Shown here in pieces: positions 56,124-64,000 of a DNA stretch of 64,000 nucleotides (positions are counted from its first letter, which is position 1; every line of letters starts with the position of its first letter). Source of the DNA: Macrostomum hystrix. Lineage: Eukaryota > Animalia > Platyhelminthes. The notes beneath the pieces are model-generated. The model worked only from the letters and a program-made list of their open reading frames with translations, did no database searches and had not been told where the DNA came from. The stretch is taken from positions 5,456,001 through 5,520,000 of the forward strand of contig CATNEN010000011.1 of assembly GCA_950097015.1 (NCBI GenBank), read 5' to 3'. Made by a program: the position numbers and the translations under genes.

Positions 56124-59100
56124 TTAATAGACGTCGACAATTTCGTCGGGACAGGCGCACTGCAGGTCCATCTGCTGGTCGTCGAGTTCGGCGTTGGCGG
56201 CTCTGTTGACGGCCTCCTGGCCTCGAATGCCAGCCAGGATGAAGTGGCGACTGGCCAGGAGGGCCTCTGCCGCAGCCTGAAATTGATGAAAGGTTGAGAA
56301 ATTTCCTTTAAACTTCCTTTCAAGTATCTTTTTAAAGGGTACGAATTGTTCCAATGGAGTCAGGAATCGAACCCCCTACCTTCAAGTCGTGAGTCCGGCG
56401 CTCTTAAAACTAGGCTAAAACCCAACTGGAGCGACTAGAGAGTTGACAAAAGTATCATTCTTTTTTATTTTTAAGTTTTTGCCCCAACCAATCAGAAAGC
56501 GACTTTGGTGACAAAATTTCTTCCTTCATTGTGTTTGGCTCGACCAATCAGTGATCACATAGGAGACGAAATTGCATTTGTTAATGTCTCAAAGTGACCA
56601 ATCGCAAAGTGAATAATACGAGGTTAACCTCGTAGGTTAACGTCAACAGGGCAAGGGGGCAAAACACCTCTTACTCTTAAAGTACCTCTTAAAATATTAA
56701 AAACATCGCCATAAAAATCTAGAACACTGGCTAAAACTTTCCTCTTTATCGGATAAAACAACTTTCGTCAGGGTGTCTGATTGCTAAAACTACCGATAAT
56801 TTCACAAAAATCGATCATTCGTTTCGGAAGCTTTCGTGAAGTAGGCAGTGGGTATTTGGAATTCCCCCCCGTGGTCTCTCCCACGAACTTAGTTTCAAAT
56901 AGAAGGCAGCAAAGTTCATTAGTCCTAATTCACCCGAAGCTTCCGCTTGGCGTTGAACTCCTTCAACGTAGCCTGTGCATTCTCCAAATGCTCCTCCTTG
57001 GTTGCCAGGCCAGTGACCCAGGGGTGCTGCAGGGCCTGACCGGCTGTCAGGCGCTTCTCCGGGTCCACCGTCAGCAGCCGGCTGACGAAGTCCTTGGCGT
57101 TCTTGGAAACGTCCGACCACCAGAGCGGGTCGAACTTGAAGTCGCCTCTCAGAATGGCGCGGTACATCTGGCGCTCATCCTCGCAATAGAATGGCTCGTA
57201 GCCGCAGAGACTGAAGACGTCAGAGTTGACAGCTTGTTGCGGGACGGTTCATTAATCAATAATTGATCGCCAGTTTCAGACTCACAGTATAAAGCTGATC
57301 ACACCAACCGACCACATGTCAACGGCTGAGTTGTACTGCCTGCCCAGTAGCAGCTCGGGCGCACAATAGCCCGGTGTGCCGCACACTGTTTGTGTCTGCA
57401 CATCGGCGCTGCAGATTTTGCTCAGGCCGAAGTCGGCTTAAAAAAATAAGAAATCGGCAATGCGGAACCAAGTTCATCAATCACACGAACGCACACAGGT
57501 GCGTACATCTGTCCTGACTTTCTCATCACTGTGCCTTGGAGATTGGCCCTCGCGGAGCATTATCTCCGCGGCAGCGCCACAAATGAATCGAGCTCGGGGG
57601 GGGGGCCTCTGAGCGAGAGGTAACACCTAAACCGCACAGTCACTGTCACCTAGCCCTGTTGCGCACAGTTGCAGATGTTCAGTCCATGGACAGTGCTGGC
57701 AGCAAAGATTTCCACCCCACCTGATGCAGGTAAGAGTCTTAAAGTTGTGCAAATGTTTCAGCAAATACTTACCGATTTTTATTTTTGCATCGTCGCTCTC
57801 ATTCTCATACAGAATGTTCTCAGGCTGAAAAAACAGGGACACATCTCATTAATTTAGCTTCTAAATACGGTTCAATTGCGATTTAAAAATTTTTCAAATC
57901 CTACCTTGAGATCCCGGTGAATCACGCCGGCCTCGTGCAGGTGTTTCAAGCCCTCTAGAATCTGTCGGACGCAGTTAGCAGCGTCCTTCTCCGAGTAGAA
58001 AACACGCAGAACTATTCTAAAGAGTTTAGAGTTTGTTTTGAATTGATATATTGATGAGGTAACAACTCAACTTCCGATATTGACACACGCATGAGAGAGT
58101 AAAGCAAGTTGCCAAATAAAAAAACAATACCTGTCAAAGAGCTCACCGCCCGTCACCAACTCCAGGACCAGAAATATTTCTTTGTGATTCTCGAAGACCT
58201 CCTTCAGACGAATCTGGCAGTTTAAATGAACGAGACAGCGGATGAGATGAGACACGGGATGAGATGAGACACGGGATGAGATGAGACACGGGATGAGATG
58301 AGACACGGGATGAGATGAGACACGGGATGAGATGAGACACGGGATGAGATGAGACACGGGATGAGATGAGACACGGGATGAGATGAGTCACGGGATGAGA
58401 TGAGACATGGGATGAGATGAGACACGGGATGAGATGAGACACGGGATGAGATGAGACACGGGATGAGATGAGACACGGGATGAGATGAGACACGGGATGA
58501 GATGAGACACGGGATGAGATGAGACACGGGATGAGATGAGACACGGGATGAGATGAGACACGGGATGAGATGAGACATGGGATGAGATAAGACACGGGAT
58601 GAGATGAGACACGGGATGAGATGAGACACGGGATGAGATGAGACACGGGATGAGATGAGACACGGGATGAGATGAGACACGGGATGAGATGAGACACGGG
58701 ATGAGATGAGACACGGGATGAGATGAGACACGGGATGAGATGAGACACGGGATGAGATGAGACACGGGATGAGATGAGACACGGGATGAGATGAGACACG
58801 GGATGAGATGAGACACGGGATGAGATGAGACACGGGATGAGACGAGACACGGGATGAGATGAGACACGGGATGAGATGAGTCACGGGATGAGATGAGACA
58901 CGGGATGAGATGAGACACGGGATGAGATGAGACACGGGATGAGATGAGACACGGGATGAGATGAGACACGGGATGAGATGAGACACGGGATGAGATGAGT
59001 CACGGGATGAGATGAGACATGGGATGAGATGAGTCACGGGATGAGATGAGACATGGGATGAGATAAGACACGGGATGAGATGAGACACGGGATGAGATGA

Positions 59101-60352
59101 GACACGGGATGAGATGAGACACGGGATGAGATGAGACACGGGATGAGATGAGACACGGGATGAGATGAGACACGGGATGAGATGAGACACGGGATGAGAT
59201 GAGACACGGGATGAGATGAGACACGGGATGAGATGAGACACGGGATGAGATGAGACACGGGATGAGATGAGACACGGGATGAGATGAGACACGGGATGAG
59301 ATGAGACACGGGATGAGACGAGACACGGGATGAGATGAGACACGGGATGAGATGAGTCACGGGATGAGATGAGACATGGGATGAGATGAGACACGGGATG
59401 AGATGAGACACGGGATGAGATGAGACACGGGATGAGATGAGACACGGGATGAGATGAGACACGGAATGAGATGAGACACGGGATCAGATGAGACACGGGA
59501 TGAGATGAGACAGGGAACTAAATATTTGGAAAGGTTCAGTGTGGCAGATAATTGGAGTTTTTACTCTCGTGGTAAATGAATATGCACTTACAACATGCTC
59601 ATGGCTGATATGAAGCAAAATTCCCACCTCCGCCGTGACAATTTTTCTGCTAGTCTGAAATAACAGCATTTAAAGAATCAAGTTCTGACACGGCATATAC
59701 TGGGAAATAGAAGCGGGGAGGTATTTCTACATTGAATTTTAATTTACGCTCGTAGTTCCGTACCTTCTTCTGAATGATTTTCACAGCCCAGACTTCCGTT
59801 GAGCCATGTTTTCGGCACTCGTTGACAACAGCTGTGGCACCCCTAATTTCAATAAAAATTAGCAGTGAATGAGAATTAGCGAATGTAGTAGTATAAAATT
59901 GCTCAATTTTAACTATATTTAAATAATCACTGTATTCCTCAGTTTATAATGTACTATTCATTAGAAGTTACTTCAATATCTTCAATATATGCTTTAAGCA
60001 TGCTAAATGCTTAATAATTATATTAAAAAATACTATTATTTATTTATTGCTTAATCTAAATATTTATGTAATTTTACAACACTTATATACTAATTAAATA
60101 ATAGAAACAAAGAAAGACAAAAACGAAAGTAATATTCAATAACAACAAAAGATTATAAATAAAATTCCCGAGATACAAGAAGTACAAAAATCAAGGAACG
60201 GTAAGCACGCAGAACAACTCTCCTTTAATTAGCGATTTTGAGCTGGAGTAAACAAGAAATGAAATACCTTACCTTCCCAGTTCTCTGCCACGTTCATAAA
60301 CCGAATCAAAAGGAATAACTTTTTCACTTGCGTCAATCCAATACTCAGACAT
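56124..60352 (-). CDS. CAMK4: Calcium/calmodulin-dependent protein kinase type IV (9 exons, 349 aa)
   Basis: Exons 60352-60273, 59842-59764, 59654-59592, 58213-58131, 58016-57905, 57824-57773, 57436-57286, 57210-56934, 56276-56124 (1050 nt). Motifs YWIDAS...[49 protein letters not shown] and RGAT are CaMKIV-type. Confidence 0.92.
57487..57640 (-). mobile_element. SINE family A, internally deleted, in a CAMK4 intron
   Basis: CACACAGGTGCGTACATCTGTCCTGACTTTCTCATC...GAATCGAGCTCGGG. Confidence 0.68.
58232..59512. repeat. 17-bp minisatellite (GAGATGAGACACGGGAT) in CAMK4 intron 3
   Basis: Near-perfect tandem array. Confidence 0.97.
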
Positions 60353-61591
60353 TTTAGACAACTATACTACACTAAATAGTAATATTTAGATTAAGACCAT
60401 CTCTGTTACGGTACGGACAATAAACCATTGTAATAAATTAGATTGAAAACGAGTTATTTACAGTAACGATAAGGACTTTGCTGCAAAAAAGCTAAAATAA
60501 TTAAATTTATGTGGTAAAAGTAAATAGATATATAAAAACCTAAGCTTTAAAACTTTCTTAACTAAAATCGGGACATTTTTGTTAAAACACACATACTTTT
60601 TGTAAGACCGTAATCAGTAATCTGATATAAAAACGTCGTTTGCTACAGTCTCTTTCCTTTGAATATAATTCATATAAGATCAATCTCAAAGGAAGGCATT
60701 CTCTGGAAAATTATTACTTCATCAAAAGTAAAAAAATGTTTGATTTTTGCAATTGTGTACGGCATACGCTGCATGTGGCTTTACCTATATGTATATTGTG
60801 GCGATTTTATGGTTTTCATGCATGACCTGAAATTGATGAAAAAAATTATTACGAGGCAGAAATAATGTCTTTCGTATTATTTTAACATTTGTTTAAAGCC
60901 AACTCAACCTATCAGGCTTTTTTGTTTGAGCTGCAGAACCTACGTTACAAAATATTAAAAGTACACGTGCCTATAAATACAAAAACTTGGAAATCATACT
61001 TTTCAGAAATTAAAAAAATATATGCACAATTTAAATCTGAGTTAGCAATGTGGTAAACACTTTTCGTCTCATTGTACTGTTTGTTTACTTTTTTAATCGT
61101 TGCCGTTGCATAATGATAAATATATGAAGCAGGATTGCGTAAATAAATTTGACAAACGATTTATATAAATTATTTAACCTGACCTTTATATAAAAGGTCG
61201 GCCTTTTATATATATATATTATATATTCAAATTATATATAGTATATATGCCAACAAAACAAGCAACATAAATATTGCTTGTACCTACAAAAAGATGTACA
61301 TATATAATTGTGTAAAAGTACCCTAAGCTTGAAAATAAATGGTATAAGTGTGAGAGTGTGAGATTGGCACACAGTGGTCAGTTCAGACTCTTCAGTGGAG
61401 TTAAAAAAAGATATGCAAAAAAACTAAAAAATCTGCATTATCTAGCTGGATATAGTCATATTAGCAAAATAGCGATAATTGTGCAGTGCGATTGCACACA
61501 ATAAAACAATAAAAGAACTCAACACTCAAACATAATTAAATCAGATCTACTAGTAGAGTAGTGAAACACAGTAGCGTGACAATTAGGAGTC

Positions 61592-61828
61592 TTATCGCTC
61601 CTCCTCAACATTGAATCCACGATACACTTGATCTTCGGTATCATCATCGGCGCTTCGTCTGGACCGACTGCGCCGAGAGCTGCTGTTAAAGATTCGACAG
61701 CAGACAGCTCCGATCACAATCAGACCAACAACACCGCCCACGCAGACATAGATTATGGCCCCGAACCAGATCTGTTCAGGATCTGAACTATGGCCCCGCG
61801 GTACAGCTGGTGCGGCTGTTGATGACAT
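61592..61828 (-). CDS. Small single-pass membrane protein (78 aa), or terminal exon of a larger type-I membrane protein
   Basis: GC-rich island in AT-rich DNA. IWFGAIIYVCVGGVVGLIVIGAVCC is followed by a basic stop-transfer stretch RIFNSSSRRSRSRR. The frame stays open to an acceptor (TTTCAG) at 61912. Confidence 0.55.
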   Translation of the reverse strand: MSSTAAPAVPRGHSSDPEQIWFGAIIYVCVGGVVGLIVIGAVCCRIFNSSSRRSRSRRSADDDTEDQVYRGFNVEEER

Positions 61829-62109
61829 CGTGTTGCCGACCGCAGAAGGCCCAACACCGTAATTAGATAATGTGACAATAGTAAAGATTACGCATTGACT
61901 TGTAAAAGCAGTCTGAAATATTTTTTTGCTATCGAATTGAGCTTCGAATATGCACTTATCTATTTATTATGAGACTGAGTAGATATGAGACGTTAGATAA
62001 AGTACATAAGAGACAGCTTAGACAGAGCATATTTTGAGACGGTAGATAGACGATATTGTAGAGTAGATAAGAGACAGTAAACTAGAGTAGATATGATATT
62101 GTTGACTTA

Positions 62110-62890
62110 AATAGATCAGAGACAGTAGACAGAGTAGATAAGATATGGTAGACAGAGTAGATAAGATATGGTAGACAGAGTAGATAATATATGGTAGACA
62201 GAGTAGATAAGATATGGTAGACAGAGTAGATAAGATATGGTAGACAGAGTAGATAAGATATAGTAGACAGAGTAGATAAGATATGGTAGACAGAGTAGAT
62301 AAGATATGGTAGACAGAGTAGATAAGATATGGTAGACAGAGTAGATAAGAGACTGTAGATAGAGTAGATAAAAGACGGTAGACAGAGTAGATAAGATATG
62401 GTAGACAGAGTAGATAATATATGGTAGACAGAGTTGATAAGAGACTGTAGACAGAGTAGATAAGATATGGTAGACAGAGTAGATAAGATATGGTAGACAG
62501 AGTAGATAAGAGACTGTAGACAGAGTAGATAAGATATGGTAGACAGAGTAGATAAGATATGGTAGACAGAGTAGATAAGAGACTGTAGACAGAGTAGATA
62601 AGATATGGTAGACAGAGTAGATAAGAGACTGTAGACAGAGTAGATAAGATATGGTAGACAGAGTAGATAAGAGACTGTAGACAGAGTAGATAAGATATGG
62701 TAGACAGAGTAGATAAGAGACGGTAGACAGAGTAGATAAGATATGGTAGACAGAGTAGATAAGATATGGTAGACAGAGTAGATAAGAGACGGTAGACAGA
62801 GTAGATAAGATATGGTAGACAGAGTAGATAAGATATGGTAGACAGAGTAGATAAGATATGGTAGACAGGGTAGATTTGAGACGGTAGATA
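62110..62890. repeat. 23-bp minisatellite (GTAGACAGAGTAGATAAGATATG)
   Basis: Tandem periodicity. Confidence 0.95.
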
Positions 62891-63424
62891 AAGTAGGCGA
62901 TTCACAAAAGCACTTCTTACAAACTGATGTCTAAGTAAATTTGCCAACATATCGTTGCAAATTCAGACTCGCATGCGATGAGTTTCTGAGCTTTAGATGC
63001 TTTGAGTTTAGACAGAAAAATCTCTTACCTAGAAAGAACAAAGCCAATTAGAAAATCCATCACTGAACAGCCTTTTACCTCAGCCGTGCTTCTAATTTTA
63101 ACCATTACGCAGCAAGTGTCGCATCATGCAACTGACTAGGTACAAACAGTGTACAGCTGCAAGCATTGTACAGCAGCTGAAACCTAGCAATATTGCTATT
63201 TGTGCAGCAGAAGATCTGGATATGTAATTTAGTTTCTTAAAAACGACTTTCTTTCTAGCAAAAATTTTATAGAAGTAACTCAGTTGCGTCCCCAATACAA
63301 TCCAAATATTGTAGCTTTTAGTTTAAAGTTTATTTGTGTCGATCATTCATTTCATTTAGATAGACTTGCTCATATAGTTGATCATACAGTTAATCATAAA
63401 GTAATCATTTGGTAGTTCATAGTA

Positions 63425-64000
63425 GCTAAACAGTAGTATCTAAATGATGCTGAACTGTAGTATCTGAAGGATGCTAAACAGTAGTATCTGATGGAAGCTA
63501 AACAGTAGTATCTGAAGGATGCTAAACAGTAGTATCTCTAGGAGGCTTAACAGTAGTATCTGAAGGAGGCTAAACAGTAGTATCTGAAGGATGCTAAACA
63601 GTAGTATCTGATGGAAGCTAAACAGTAGTATCTGATGGAAGCTAAACAGTAGTATCTGATGGTAGCTAAACAGTAGTATCTGAAGGATGCTAAACAGTAG
63701 TATCTGATGGAAGCTAAACAGTAGTATCTGATGGAAGCTAAACAGTAGTATCTGATGGAAGCTAAACAGTAGTATCTGATGGAAGCTAAACAGTAGCATC
63801 TGAAGGATGCTAAACAGTAGCATCTGAAGGATGCTAAACAGTAGTATCTGAAGGATGCTAAACAGTAGTATCTGAAGGATGCTAAACAGTAGTATCTGAA
63901 GGATGCTAAACAGTAGCATCTGAAGGATGCTAAACAGTAGTATCTGATGGAAGCTAAACAGTAGTATCTGATGGAAGCTAAACAGTAGTATCTGAAGGAT
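63425..64000. repeat. 24-bp minisatellite (CTAAACAGTAGTATCTGAAGGATG), runs off the window
   Basis: Tandem periodicity. Confidence 0.95.

Noticed and set aside
7043-63919. Long repetitive ORFs in the track (e.g. 7097-7789, 8698-9913, 11578-12732, 40200-41468, 45306-46276, 49432-50282, 58143-59496, 62018-62950, 63440-63919)
   Set aside because: They are translations of stop-free minisatellite frames located in introns or intergenic DNA, with no splice context or domain content.

Overview
Intron-rich animal genomic DNA with GT-AG introns, tRNA-derived SINEs and about one third minisatellite. The style suggests a free-living flatworm such as Macrostomum, which is an inference. Exon chains were reconstructed by hand and checked for phase. 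Genes: (1) 3' part of a jitterbug/FLN-2-type filamin (+, 552-10381); (2) a minus-strand array of four insect-AANAT-like GNAT acetyltransferases (two intronless, one pseudogene, one with an intron); (3) inside that array, a secreted PAN/apple + ALK/LTK glycine-rich-domain gene; (4) a 23-kb, 7-exon ionotropic-glutamate-receptor-like channel gene (+, 30792-53964) whose pore has a K+ selectivity filter (TTVGYGD), a GluR0/AvGluR1-like architecture; (5) CaMKIV (-, 56124-60352); (6) a small single-pass membrane ORF. Mobile DNA: a near-intact 6-kb LOA/R1-like LINE (APE-RT-RNase H) with a 14-bp TSD, a hAT MITE with an 8-bp TSD that carries a satellite, and two SINE families. Most long ORFs in the supplied track are translations of satellites. 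The most interesting items are the K+-filter iGluR-like channel, the inverted satellites bracketing its S2/M4 exons, the AANAT-like cluster that lacks the canonical DEP motif, and the structured, duplicated LINE 5'UTR with an unusual ORF1/ORF2 junction.
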